This document shows positions 13,843 to 28,743 of a DNA stretch of 64,000 nucleotides, piece after piece. Source of the DNA: Phoronis australis. Taxonomy: Eukaryota > Animalia > Phoronida. The notes beneath the pieces were generated by a model that was not told where the DNA came from, did no database searches, and worked only from the letters and a program-made list of their open reading frames with translations. Made by a program: the position numbers and the translations under genes. Every line of letters starts with the position of its first letter. Positions within the stretch are counted from its first letter, which is position 1. The stretch lies in the NCBI GenBank assembly GCA_002633005.1, contig NMRA01000128.1, positions 361,165-425,164 on the forward strand. The letters run 5' to 3'.

Positions 13843-16800
13843 CAAACATGATATGGAACATTACTGCTAAAAGGCAAGGAATAAGAAAGTGAAAACCTGT
13901 GTTTGATGTTGACAGATGAGGTGCTGTAATGCATTGCATGATGTCACTCCTCCCTAGGAGCGACACCCTCAAAAGTGTGAAAAATATGCTTTAAATGTAC
14001 AATCTGAGTCCACCACACATGGACAATGTCGCACCTCAGGCATTTAATAAGCCAAAGTAGCCTGGTTCTAGATCATTTCACCAAGACGCTGAGATGGGCT
14101 TGTACATTGTGAGACAGAATTTAGGGTTTGCAAAACTACCTGTAACAACCTGCACCTCTCTCATAGCCAATCAGAACCCTTAAAAGTGCTAACGAACATA
14201 TCATATCAAAAAGCTAATAAAACACGTGGTTCATGACGAAGTCGGCAAAGTATGCATGTAATAACTGGAATTACATGAAACCATCAAATTGAATTACGTA
14301 GTTTGGCAAAGAAACCTTAATAACAGCAAAAGAATGGAGTAAACGTTACTGACGCATTTAAAGGCTTTCCAATCACGTCACTGACTATCAAATTTCAAAA
14401 TCATAAATGATTAAAACATTACATGGGAAATCATCCAATTAAAGATACCCTGTCCATTTATTTTCAGTTAACTCAAAAGGAGTTAACCTCAGACCACCCG
14501 AGTTTAGACTTATTAAAATATGAAATAAAATGTTTTCAAAATAACAGTAAATAGAATGAAATTTTCAATATGATTTTTGAATTTCTGCTTGCATCTGTGA
14601 CATTTTACTATTACCTGAAAATGAGACGAAAACAAACGGTCTGCAAGTGCGGCTGTCATTTTAGAATACAATCAGCCAAAGTCATAGCTGGACATTTTTT
14701 CTAGTTTCCTAGATAATCTTAACTGTATAATAGCACTTCTTAACGCGATGCATAGACAGGCATTCACACACTACTTTTTAGCTAAAAAATTGAATGCATT
14801 CTCATAAAATAATATCGGGATAGTAGAAAAGGTTTAGCTACAGTGTATGCACAAGTGGTACACCATGTTGTACTAATACACAAAGTGTTGTATACTGAAA
14901 TGAGAGGTGTGGATACCAGCCTTACTGAAGTAACATCTGGAATCATTGCAATGAACACCAAGAACCCGCATACCATCCTAACAATGGGTACAAGCAGTGA
15001 CCACTCAGACATTTAGTTTAGTAACCACTCTGCTGATGAGGGTCACCAGTGGCCAGACTGGCCAATCAGGTGGAGCCATCCAGACAGATGTTAAGGTGCA
15101 GCAGGTCAGACTTTATGAATGGACCACCAGTGTATCAGTGTGTTTTTACCTTGGGGAAGTTGAGAGGGAAAGCTTTTGTCATCTGAACACTTGATTGGCT
15201 GAGAATTACAGGATAAGAATGATGGTGTACTGAGTGTGATGTGGATTGTGAAATAGGCTTAATACATGTTGCAGGTTTATTTTGTATAATCTCCATGTCC
15301 AGCAGTTACAATAGACTGAATAAGTTTTCGCAAAAGAAAAACAGAGAGATGATATGCAGACGCTCTGGTAAGAAGTTTATTGCTGGGAAAAGATAATAAA
15401 ATAAGAAAGTGAAAACAATTATCAAAAGTCTTAATTGAATGTAATGTCAGCTATAAATCAAGATTTAATTACAAAAACACAGGAACAACTTCTCATCTTT
15501 CATCTGCTTGTGTAACCGTTAATGACTGACCCACATTTTTTATGATAAATGACATTTTTTGCATGTGTGAAACAGGAGACAAGCCACACATGTTGCTTTA
15601 CAAGTGTAATTGGTACCTGAGTAAACAGGCGAGCTTTCAAAGAGTTTCACTGGAGACGTTCCTTAGGGCAGAAAACAATATTTATCAGCATGTGAGCCTG
15701 TTGCCATAAGATGTCTCAGCAAACAGATACACACCATTGTAGTTCAAGCATGCACAATACTACAAAAGGCTGATGCCATGTGGCCCAAATATGAGGAGAT
15801 TCCATGAGGGTGACTTGAGGTTACAGAGACCCACAAACAATCACTAGCTAAACAAAGAGTGAGGCAATGACAAACAAACCAGCCAGCTTTGAGTACATTG
15901 GTCAATGAAGTCCATGTCTGTCAAAGTAGACCAGATATTCAACCTTAGGAAATGAAGCAGCAGGTATAACAACACACAGAGATGACAGACAAGACAAGTT
16001 TTGTAAGGGGCTCATACATAAACAGTCACACAAAGTGCAACTGATTGAATTCTCAGTAGATATTGCACAATAGTTATATTTGTACCAAACAAGTGTCTCC
16101 CCTTCTTGTATAGAATTCCCTCCAGAAAGGATCTCATTTGCTGTAGGGGAAGATTACACAGTTGAGGTCACTCACATAATCTAGAAACTTTAACTCTTCA
16201 AAGATATTCAGCAATACTACACGATACCTTAGCTTTGAAGATTGAGAAAGTGAGCAGTATTCATTTCTGTTTGAGGAAGACACCATAAGACTGCGAAAGC
16301 TCACAAAATTCTAATTGTATCAGTTCACTCAAGTATGAACAATTCCTTCCAGCTTGGAGAAGTACTCAGGGTAATCACAGCTGATTAGCCTGATTACGAC
16401 TCAAGTAATTGCCATCGGGGGACTTGTTCACCATGCAAAATGATGGCCAGCAACAAAAACACGAAATTACTACACTTCCATTATCATCCATCAAACCACG
16501 AGTGGCACACTTTCTCATACTCAAGAAGGGAATGTTACTGACTGACATTTGCCTATAACATCCACTGTTCACACACAACATATGTACGAAGGACGAATCA
16601 CAATCTCCGGAGCATTCTTCAATGGTAATATTATCATCTAACAGTTGAAATAAAGCACGTTTCAATTTTCAATTTTTGATTATATTTAAAAGGGGTAGAA
16701 AAGTAAATTTTGAATGAGAAAAACATAGTTGCATGCGAAATGTTATGACTAGTGGTGGTCCTCTTTAAACTGTTCAGGCTGGCTGTTTTTAACATCGGTC

Positions 16801-18765
16801 TGCTATGCTTAAAGTGATCTGTTCACATCAGTTAGTTTTGATCAGTGTTGATGAGGAAGAAATTTGGCAACATTTGGCAACAGTTCAAGAAATGAGTCTA
16901 CACATAGAGTAGACAGGAAATCAGTTTCAGTGCATGCCTTGTAGTTTAAGTTGTTGAATGTTATGCCAGGATCAGTTTGATAGCAGCAGCAAGCAAGGTT
17001 GAAAGCATTTTTTAAAATTTTCTATACTTACCCTAATCTTGACAATTCTTGCTCTTGTATGGCCAAAATGTCTTCTAAAAATTTTCTGTAAGAAAAATGA
17101 AAGCATTTAGTTAACGTGAAAAGGTCAGCATTACGCAGCAGCACTGCACAGCACTGCTGACATTGCGTAAAGGAGTAATGAGCATAATTTAAGGTAATAC
17201 ACAACAACATGGCAAAATACACCATGCAACACTTCTAAAAATAAATGCTCACAAAACCTCAAGTGATATGAGATTTCTGAACCATTCGAAGGATTCACCA
17301 ACATCAATGGCCATATTGCAAAATTGACTAATTACAATTTGGAATTAAGATTTTCCACATAAGAGTTTATTGCTTGGCAAAATAACTCAGGACATCCAAC
17401 CAGTTAGTCAGGGGATTATGAGATGATTCAAGATTACATAACAGGTCCAGTCTAGCAGTCAATCCATGTCAAAGGGGACTGAGGGCACACCTAACTGGGC
17501 TGACTTGGGTAGACACTCCAGGAGACCAGCAAATTATTAGTGAAACAGTGGGAGCTTGGCATAAATGTAAAGGGTGAGCATTCTTGTGTTCTTTATATTA
17601 TTTTGAAGTAATGAAACAGAATTTGGGAGAAAAACGCAAATTTTAAATTTGCTTAGATAGATTTCTATGTTTTTGAAAACAAAAAGTCGAAATCTATAAA
17701 CTGATAATATTTCAGAACAAATTTCTGAGGTGTACCAATATGAAACATGTCAAAATTAAAGGTAAATAACAGACTAAGATGAAAACAAAGACATCACATT
17801 TATCGCCATTAACCTAAGGGCACAGCTTTCAAGGCAAGGAAAGTAAAAACAATAACAATAACACTGGCGCACCTCATTTCCAAATGTTTGTTTTCCGTCT
17901 GGATGCAATCCAATTTTTAAAGGTTAGATCTATCGGATAATATCTAAACAACCCAGGAGGTAATTATGTCAATATTACACCAAACAAGTAGCAAATGCAA
18001 AACATGTAAAAATGATAACAAAAGATATCATTGTGCTGATCACAAGAATGTAAACAAAACAAAAACTGAACATGCTACCTTTTGTTTCAAACATTTGACT
18101 AGGATATAAAATTGAGCAATTAACCCAGTACAAAGTTTGAAGAGTGCCAAGAAAAAAATGAACCCTACTAGTATAGTCAATAATGCCGTGGCAACAAGAC
18201 TTCATTATTAAATTGGTTGATGTCTTTCTATTACTATTTTGTACACAGAAAATTTCCATGCTAAACAGCCTTCGAGCTATGGATGTGCGGATGGGGAAAA
18301 ACACAGTCAGGAAATTACATGCATGCATCACAACATTGCTTCAGGTATGAAGAGTGAACACGGTTAATTAACTGTCATTGAATGCTCAGTCAAGTGAAAA
18401 ATACGAGGATCTTTCAGGTCTTGACAAAAATGAAGGCAAAAAGTTGCCATTACACCTTTTTTCAAAATGCCTCTCAATACATCGTTGCAGGTTCTCTTAA
18501 GTTTGAGAAAAAAGAACTGTGTAAATTAATACATGTATACAAAAACCGAAGATTTTTTTTATTTATTACAGTTGGGGAATTTGAAAAAAATAAAAACTGC
18601 GTCTATTCTGATATCAACAGTTGTACTGTAGGTTCTTGGTTAGTAACAACATGACTCAGTCAACCATGAGTGTACCAGATACCTGTGTTTGTGAAAGAAT
18701 GCTGCAACACCTGAAGATGGCTGGAGAAATGATTGACTGAAACATCATGCCAATATTATCATGGT

Positions 18766-19441
18766 TATGGAAAGCCCAAGTGGAAAAAATTCCAGGACAC
18801 AAATTTTCAATTCAAGAATTAAATTCTCTACAATACCAAAAATATACTCAAAACCAAAATTTATCGAGCCAGAACCTATAATTCATCACATCAGGACCAA
18901 AATTTAACACGTCAGAACCGAACATTTATCACGCAAGGACACAAAATTTATAACACCAGGACATTGAATTTCTTGCCAGGAGAAAATTTCATGCTGGAAG
19001 CTCACGTGACAATGACGTTACGCTGTGTCAATGTAATACTCAGCAGTATTCAAGTATGTCCAAGTGTACATTGCTTCTGTTGTCAAACCTCGAAGAGATG
19101 ACAAAAATTCAACCTCGATGATGTAACAGTCGTCAGCGAGATACTGCATACCTATTACTTCATCTCTGTGAGGGGTCATGTGCTTGTGGATGGTCACCTG
19201 GTCTCCTGAGATGAAATTTCCCAACATGTACTTCTCCTGCGTGAAATTTTTCTGATGTGTGTAATTTTCCTGGTATAATAAATTTTGTGTCCTGGCGTGA
19301 TAAATTTTGGTCCCGACTTGATAAATTATAGATCCTGGCGTGATGAATTTTGGTTTTGAGTATATTTTTTGGTCCTGCAGAGAATTTAGTTCTTGAATAG
19401 AAAATGTGTGTGCTGGATTTTTTCTGCTTTGGCGTTCCATA
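18766..19441. mobile_element. Foldback-type MITE with ~200-bp imperfect inverted arms built of ~21-bp subrepeats
   Basis: 18766-18962 is the reverse complement of about 19264-19441 (TATGGAA...TTCCATA; AAATTTATCACGC(A/C)AGGACAC subunits). Confidence 0.8.
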
Positions 19442-20725
19442 GGGAACAGGGATGGTGTAAACAGGCCAAGAGATTTTAGACATAAAGTTACAATCTAGAA
19501 GACATGTTTTACTTTGAGGCACTGAGCACAGAAAACAGCATTACTACAAATGTGAAATTTTCTGCTGATGGAATCAATAATTGCCTAGCCAGGCATATAG
19601 CTCTGTGTTTTCTTAACAGTGCGTCCTTCCCAAATCGATATGTCACAAAACAATGAGAAACTCATGGTAGGGCCCTTCTCGAAACAATACTTCATGGTCC
19701 CTGCACAAACTCAGCAACAATGCACCCATTCACAATGTAAGTGTGTAAAAAGTCATTAGCGTAGCTGCGTGCTTTTATTTGGATATTTGATGAATGAGTT
19801 TGCTGCACAGGCAGGGGATTATCACAACAAAATAATTCAACTTCACAACAACGGGATGAATTGACATATATCCATATTCATTAAGTGTTGTACTTCCTTT
19901 AATTAAATAAACTTCTGGCAGTTTTCACACATTATATTCTAAATTTAGAATAGCAATCATCAACAGCAGAGACAAGAAATATTCAGGGAAATCTTGAAGA
20001 CAAAAGTGACAATGGATCTTTAATTTCAGGCAAAAACACAATATCTCATGGCCTAAACTACAATTGGGTGAATGACTTTTGAAACAACTGAAAAGGTGGA
20101 CATTGTAAATGTTTTCATCAGGCAAGATACCCTCGTCTCAAAACACGACATGAGGAAGTCTATTTCTGACAAGTTTAAATCATATCCCAGATTGAAGTTT
20201 TATCATCAACATGTTAAGCACACCACGTGTTGAAACTACAGAGGTTGCTCTGCTTAGTGTTTCTTCTTAGGGACTCTCAGTTGGGAGAAATAACTAACGT
20301 TTATGAATTACCCACAAAAACCTGCAGTACTCATTCTGTGGGCTTGTTTTTTTGAAAACTAGTATCAGTGCACTGGAATTAGATAGAATTTCAGACTACC
20401 AACTCAAACTTCATGACAATGTAGACTCACTACAAACCCAAACTTCATGACCATGTAGACTTAGCATGTTCATATTATGACATCTGACAGACTCATGCAC
20501 CAAGCTGAACATTTACCATGCTTTTGTTTAGTCTCATTTCAGCTATTGTTCTCTGGTCTTGTAAGGAGTTACAAAATAGAAAAGGTTCAATATCACTCTC
20601 ATAAGTTTGCTTTCAATGACCATGAATTCTCTTACCACAAGTTACGATCTTACGAGTTACAATCTTACGCTCAAACTCTCATAGTCTTAGTAAAGCTATC
20701 TCTTATAGTTTCGTAGAAGTATTCA

Positions 20726-22402
20726 AACACGAGCGTTGAAATGCGCCAACGAATGCATTGCAAATGGTGTGCTTTCAGGGTTATTTATTTGTATCATAAA
20801 AATGGCCACTAGATGGCGCAAAAACATACAATCCATTCAAAAACAGGAACATGCCATATTTCATAAAAATCTGTCAAGGAACTTCAGAGAAACAAAGGAA
20901 AACAGAATAAAATGAAATTGCCACTAGTGGGCAGTGTCCGTTGGATCCGCCTGAAAGTCATCGTCGTCGTCGTCTGTTATTATCTTCATATAAATATACT
21001 TACTAAATTTAGTTAAGATCCTGCAGTGGGTTTAAGAGATACAACTATGGGTGCGAAACAAAACTACCACTAGGAGGCGCCACAGTAGTCAGTCACCATC
21101 ATCAAAGGTCATCTTCACACTGAGAACATATATGCCAATTTTCAAATGATTTGGTTGATACAAGGGAGGACACCAAAAACAAGATTTAAAAACAGCAAAA
21201 AATGGCCAATAGGTGGTGCAAAATACCTTGATTTCATCCAAAAACAGGAAGATAGCGTCATCACACCAATATATGCCTATATTTAAAATTTTATAAAAAT
21301 CTGTTGAGGACCTTTGAAGATACTGAGTTAAATGTAAAAAAAATTAAAATTGCCACTAGGGGGCACAGCAGAAGCCAGATCTGTCCGAAAGTCGTCGTCA
21401 TCCATAGTCAACATCATATAAATACACTTGCTAAATTACGTAAAGATCCAGCGAACGGTTTAGGAGATACAACCATAGGCGCAACAAAAACAAAACTGCC
21501 ACTAGGAGACGCCACAGTAGTCAAAACCTTCGGAAAATCACCGTCAACTGTCCTGTTTATAATAAGCCAATTTTCACAATCATCCTTTGAGCGGTTTGGT
21601 TGATAGAGGGGTAAACGCAAAAAACAGTAAAAATGGCCACTAGGTGGCACAAAACAACGTCGAACCCATCCGAAAACAGGAGCATAGCGTCACCTCACTA
21701 ATAGATGCCTACATACTAAATTTCATGAAAATCCGTTAAGGACTTTTGAAGATACAAAGGTAAACATAAAAAAATAAAATTGCCACTAGGGGGCACACCG
21801 GCCGTCGGATCTGTCCAAAATCGTCGTCTATTGCTAACATCATATTAATATACTTATTAAATTTCATAAAGATCCTGCGAGAGATACAGCCATAGGTGGA
21901 AAAAAACTGCCATTAAGAGGCGCCACAGTAGTCGAAATTGTCGGAAAATCATCGTCAACCGTCCTCTTTATAGTAAGCACATACATGCCAATTTTCACAA
22001 TCATCCTTTGAGCGGATAGGTTGATAGAGGGGTGGACGCAAAAAACAGACTCAAAAACAGTAAAAATGGCCACTAGGTAGTGCAAACTACGTTGAATCCA
22101 TCTGAAAACAGGAGGATAGCATCATCTCACTAATAGGTGCCTACAAACCGAATTTCATGAAAATCCGTTCAGTACTTTTGAAAATACAAAGATAAGCATA
22201 AAAAACTAAGATTGCCACTAGGGGGCACACTGGTAGTCGGATCCATCCGAAAGTTCGCTCATGCCATCCCATTCACAAATGGAACATATGTGCCAAATTT
22301 AATGAACGTAAGTCAAAGGGTTTTGGAGATAGAGCAGCGGACGCCGGACGGACGGAGATGATGGCATAATGCGTCCACATATAAATATGTGGGCGCATAA
22401 AA
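20726..22402 (+). mobile_element. Helentron/HINE-like element with 11 internal ~145-bp units (~430-bp trimer), each with a CTCF-like motif
   Basis: Same termini as 12802-13510; GCCACTAG-type motifs at 20804, 20919, 21065, 21204, 21351, 21497, 21635, 21781, 21908, 22068 and 22213; 3' hairpin 22370-22397. Confidence 0.85.
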
Positions 22403-25248
22403 ATATTAACCATGTAGAGTACTATCCTCTTAAGCACCATGCTTCAAAGTCCGACAGCTTTAGTAGAGCATACAGCATTCAAAAGAGCAAAGCCCTGGGC
22501 TTAGGTTTCATACTGCGGCCTACGGTACCAATTCCATTCAGCCTCATGGTGTTTCTCCATGCAACGCACACTTGACAGTCTTATACCCCGTTCAAAAACC
22601 GAAATGTTGGCATTTCTACAGCCATTTTTGCCAGTAGCGAAGATGCCAGCAATGTTAATGGTTGAAACTTTTGCTTTTGCTGGTAGTTTGAATGGGTATC
22701 CCAAAACTACTGACATTTTCGATAACTTTAGTAGCTAGACTGCTTTCTTTAAAGGATACGTACGCACAAGAGAATGCGACTTGTTTTTGTCGTCACATTT
22801 ATCAATGCATGGCAGAGAGTGAATGTGTGTTGACATCAATTTTTGCTTGAAGGCGGTTCGGCTGGTGAGGAAACTGCTGACAAAAATAATCCTTAAGTTG
22901 ATAGCTTGTATGTCAGCCTAAAATGCTGGTGTTTTCACAACTGAAAAACTGCAATCGTTTATTGCAATCTTTACAAACTGTACTTACGTGAACCTACTGA
23001 AAACATTTGAGTTATTATCCATGCCACCTTCAATTTCTTGAAATTTCCGATTTAAGCGTCTACACCCAGAATTTTGGTTTGCCAATTTCAGTGCCCGGAG
23101 TGTCAAAGCGAATGCTTACTATGGTATGGGAGTTTCACTACTGCTTTGATGGAATTCCTATATGCAAGTGGGTTGCCTCCAAAGTTAACAGTGTGCAATA
23201 ATACAGTAATATCCTGTACTGTAATTTCAGTGCGAGTAAATGTAAATAACTTGTTTACTAGCACATGCGATGATTACTAATTTCTTGAATCTAAAATAAA
23301 CAATAAATCCTACTTATATACATATGGAATAATAGTAACCCCCTGGCAAACACAGTCATGAAAAAACCCACATTCCCAACAATGTAAAGAAGAAATCAGA
23401 TAAATTCCTCTAGACAGGAAGCATTTTCAAAGAGGGTGCATGCCAGGAATAACCCAATCAACCCACTGGGAATTTCCTTCATCTCATTGCAATGCATTGT
23501 GATCGCTGCATTATGCCATGACCCTCTCACTGACTCAACGTTTGGAAGTACGGCCATTGTTCTAGTTAGCGACTTTTCCCAAAGCAAATACCAGACTTAA
23601 TTACAAGTCGAACTATTCAGATGAACGTTAAATTGATCGGAAAATTAATAGAACTTGTTTTGGAGACAGCTCCACCGGGTGGAGATCAATTTCAACTGAT
23701 GACTTTGCGGAAAAACTGATCAATTTATGACTATTCTGGAGCTCACTTCCCGGACACAAAGTTTATGAGCAAAAAAGTAATTAAAGTTTGAATTAGGTGG
23801 GAATCTGCACATTAAAAATTGATGCGTCACTACTCTTAGGTTATAATAAATAATCGTAGCTCGACTGTTCACTGTTTAAGGTAATGTGGATCCTTGTTGA
23901 AAGATCTGCATGTTTAGCCAAAAATCTACACAAGTACAGATTTTAATCCAGTAAATGTATATATTTTCTGTAAGTAGAAAAAAATGAAGAAGTTGGTTAT
24001 GACTATTTTCCAATCTTGTCATCAATTGGGTCACATGACCATGTCATTCTGTTTTCGTTTTATGCAACTTTTCCATGAAAGTCACGAAAGTCTTTATTTT
24101 TAAAAACCCTCCATCAAAAGTGATCATTTTAAGAACAATTCCTGTAAGAGTTTTGGACAATGCATAAAGCATAGTATATGCAGGTATCATAATAATCCAA
24201 TCAACCAGTTCTGAGCTATAATTTTACAAACTTAGTAAAATTTGGAAAATTTTCTAGGGTCCTCACATAACTTTAAAGTTGCATTTCATCTCGTTTAGCT
24301 GTTAAATATGAAAACCGAATTAGGACTTTTATTCTAGTGTTATAATATTCTTTACTGTGATAGGAATCTTTTTTTAGTGACTCCAGGAAACGCTTTGGCT
24401 AACTCTAAAACTGGGAATTCAAAGGGCGAATTGCCTGTGTCTTGAATCGGTAACGGAAATAGAATCCTATCACGCTAAGGAGTGTTAAGAGATTGATTCT
24501 ATGAGCGCAAAGAGATCAATTCAGTGTTATTTTACAGCCAGCTTAAAAAGGTGAATGCAGCTTTAAACAAAACGAGAAGTTGGAAATACTCTTAGGAGGA
24601 TTCAGACTTTTTCCCTACAGGCATAAGCAACATATATTGACAGCATACACAAAAACGCCTTCATGTGAAAGTGAGAACAACTTTTTCTCAGCGCATGCTA
24701 CTTAATATCGTGCAGCTTCAAAGAGAAGTGTTCAATCATCCATGGAACGTGCAGGAGAGGAAAACAATGAACCACCACGATAACCTTGCTCACACATTTC
24801 ATTCATTCATGACCAAATACGTGAGAGTGCTCTTGATAAATCGGTTGTGAAGGAAGCCAGGTTTCAAGCTCAAATTTTAGATTTAAAAATTGCTCCACAG
24901 TATGATCAGAAGCCGAGTCAATAAATCATATAGTAAGTCAGTAGCAGAAAGCTTTCTTAGAACAGTGTACGATTTTGCAAAGGCAATGAAACCGTAATGA
25001 GAAATTTGGTGACTTGATGTAGCTGTTATGGGCCAGTTAGTTACTTATATGACTTTTGTTGGTGCTACAAGAAAAAATCTTGACATGTACTCATTACTGT
25101 GACAGTGTACCCATGTTCCGCACTCACATAAAGTCATGAACTTAGTCCCCCCTTTCGTTGAGCATCCACACTAAAGATGTCCACACTAGACACCATACGC
25201 TTTGTGACAAATATGGCACTAATGGGCACCACTATGTAATGTATCTAA

Positions 25249-25749
25249 TACCCCCGTCACACCAGAGGTGTGCTGCCACTGCATCGCTTGTACGGCATAA
25301 ACCGCAGTGGTACCGCCATGATCGCCGTAGTTCTGCAGTCGTTCCACCATTGATCGCCGTAGCACTGCGGAAAACTGTCAAAACTCCGGACCTTCGCAGT
25401 GGCATGGAGAAAACTTTGAACATGGTCAAAACTTTCAGAGTGCCACCCCAGTAGTACCGCCATCCCAGCAGTGGCACCTCTCTGGCCCCGCAGTGCTGCC
25501 GCCAATATAGCAGTCCTGCTGCCCATGATCAGCATGGCACAGTCATCAAACTGCAGTGGTAACTCAATGGGACCACTGTGTCCGCAATGACACCGCCATG
25601 GTTCCACCCTGGTTCCTCAGTAGCACCGTGAAGAAAAACATGTGTAACGAGTAGGGGAAAACTTTGAAACACTACTGGCGGTGTCACTATGGTGATGGAG
25701 GTTTTGACCAAAAACCGTAGTGGCACCGCGACTCTAGTGTGATGGGGTA
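25249..25749. mobile_element. PIF/Harbinger-type MITE, 501 bp, TAA TSD
   Basis: TIR TACCCCCGTCACACCAGAG / CTCTAGTGTGATGGGGTA, flanked by TAA on both sides (25246-25248, 25750-25752); GC-rich interior. Confidence 0.85.
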
Positions 25750-28743
25750 TAAGCAAGTGTGAAACTGGTATTTACGTCCGTCTTGTCTTCAGATTAACAT
25801 ACACACTCTGACCTGCGCTTAGGTAAATTACGCTAAAACAAGATATGCTACCTCGATAACGCGGGGTAGAATCAACTCGTTACAGACGTAACTCATTCTA
25901 GAGTAACTAAACTCGTAGTGTCAAGGGCACTTTTGAAGAGCTCTACACACGCAAAACACAGGAAAAACAGAGATGGTGAGTAAACCAGAGCTGGTAAGAC
26001 TGGAGATTCATTTGGAGCAACAGTAAATGCAATTTGCTTGCACGTATTTCATAAGGTGAAGAATGTAATATACCCGTAACCGTGCAGTATTCATTAAAAC
26101 ATGTGATAGATAATTAATGGGTCAAATCATTTTAGCAAGCAATTTTAGCTAAAAATAATACTCCACTGTGATCAAACTAGACAGAACGGACATATGACGC
26201 AGTCAGCCATCCCAGCTTAAGTACTCTTGACAATGAATGGGGAAATCATCGATCTATGAACACACACTTTAAGCTCACATCAAAGTTCTCCAAGCATGCA
26301 CCGCACATATTACTGACCGTCACCCATTTACTATAATACAATCTCATTGACATAATTCGAAAAGCTTTTAAGTAGAGAAGATGTCCACTTGAATAAATCA
26401 AGTCAAAGTAGAAAGCAAAACAATCACACAACTGAGCTTGGTCAATAATGCATAAATTACACAACATTTTCTCTGTACGCATGAAAAACAACCCTGCAGT
26501 TGCTATGTTATAGTCAATAACCTAAGAAAAGTGATTCTTATAATCTCAAATTTTATTGGTTTCTACTTTTAGGTAAATTGCTCACTGACGATCACATTTT
26601 CAATAATATCATCAGTTCTGAAAATAATGGGTCAATTTTCATAAATTTTGGTCTTGAATTTGTGAATTTGTTGACTTCAGTTAGCCCAAACATTAAACTA
26701 TGATTTAGAAAATGGAAACTATATTACGTATCTAAATAAACATTTCATTGTCAGCTAAAAATCTTTTCAATTGGTCACGTTGTGTAAAAATATGGATTGC
26801 CGTTAAGATTCAAATATTATTATTAGATTTTTTGAATATGGACATTTCATCCACTGCAAAAAATTACATGAATATGCCTAGTTAGGGACTTATCTACTCT
26901 CATCTACTATCTTGTGTGGATTTGGTTTTCGTCCTATCTCATTTGGAACATACATCCTGCAATTTCAGTCATGCAAGTAGCACCCTGGCAAAGAACGCCA
27001 GCAACAATCGCGACTGGCTACCAATGACCTTGCTGGCTGCCAATGACCTTTCCTGGCTACCAATGAAATTTGACCAAAATCAAATGTCACTTTTCTACCA
27101 GATTGTGTATTAAAGAATAACCTGCTGGTCAGGGCAGATATTTTGTAGACAGCCTACATAATATGTCAAAAGACAAGGGTTCATGAACCTAAATAAAACC
27201 ACAACCTGTCTATTGCCAAGCTTTTTTGGCAATCAGCCAAAGCTAATTTGGTAAAAGTGACTGTCTGATGTCAACAACAAGAGGGGGGGGGGGGGGGCAG
27301 ATTGCACTTTGATAAAAACAAACAAGTATACTGCCAAGTGGTTTTTGTATAAAAAGATTAGTCACACACTGTGTTCCTATCTCAAGACTTTGTGGTCTGA
27401 CAAACAGTTTAAAACTAAATCAAGTACATTTTGAAGTATATTTTCATCATTTATCAACATTGCTTTTCAGAGGTCTGTGACTTTTATCAGTAGCAGTAAC
27501 TTACAGGGACACCAGACTTGGGGAATCAGTTTCCATCATTGAATGATGTGAATCACATTTGTACTCTAACACCAGTAACGTGTTGGTGATTACTGTCATT
27601 TTTTACACTACTGTTAGAGTTACCGACTATCCAAGTAATTTTGAACACGTTGAGTAACAAATTAGCTACTCAGTTGCTCCATAACATGTTCTTCAATGTC
27701 ATTTGAAAGCTACTAACTGTAATATTAGACAAACTGCCAGTGAAACGCACATTTTCTCCAACACTCAGTCTGTTTTCTGACACCACCCAAATCTGCCTCA
27801 GGAGTGAAAATTGATGGCAAACGCATTTGATCACAAAGAGATATGCAACGGTAAAGGACTGTTCTCCTGTGCATGTGCATACTTTAAGTATACTTCTGGG
27901 TACAAACGTGAAAGTGAAAATGACAGCAATTTTGAGGTAACTCATATTGCCAGCAAAATGCCAACAAAAAGACAAGAAAATACAACATTTACAGTACTGG
28001 TGAACGTGTTAAGGATAACACATTTCAGCCAGTTTGTAAACATGGGTTTAAGCAAGTAACTCCGACAATGAACGCAACACATATTTTAGTCAAGAGAAAA
28101 AATTCGTGGCCCAAACCAACAATAGTCTAACCAAGTCTACACAACCTGAACAAGGCCGCCATAATCAATTATTCAGGATGTCCGCGCCAGGTAAAAACTC
28201 ATTTGTAATGTAATGTGAGTTTGTTCGTAATACTCAGGGGGAGATACACTGCGTCAATTGTGATATGATACCATTATACTGTGATGAATAATTGAGATAT
28301 TAGGGGTTCTAGAGCACTGATGGAGGGTTGAAAAGGACTGCTTAAGAATGATTTCAATGGTTCTGCAACTTGTATCATTTCATAACCAACAACAATAACA
28401 TGACAGTTTCAAGGCCGAAATTGCGTGGCATCGAGAACACTTCAATAAATTTATTAGACTCTTGTTGCAATAGCTATGGCAAGTAAAGAGCCTAGATTGC
28501 TGAATCTCACAAAAGATGACAGCACAACATTGAAATGAGCTAAACTGTTCATTCATTCAGCAACTGAAAACTACTTCAGCACAAATCAGTGAAAATAAAC
28601 TTAAAGCACATAATTACAGTACACATAGTAGTCTGTAGAAAATGAGCTAGGTACAGTCCTTTTCAATTCAGACACAAAATCAAATGACCAGGTTATCTAA
28701 CGCAGGACGAAGGACGGAATTATTCTACCTGAACCTGCCACCT

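Noticed and set aside
25158-25756. Four overlapping ORFs in a GC-rich patch
   Set aside because: They overlap the Harbinger-type MITE and show no transposase or other recognisable motifs.
27283-27297. Poly-G run as a G-quadruplex element
   Set aside because: Simple homopolymer with no supporting context.
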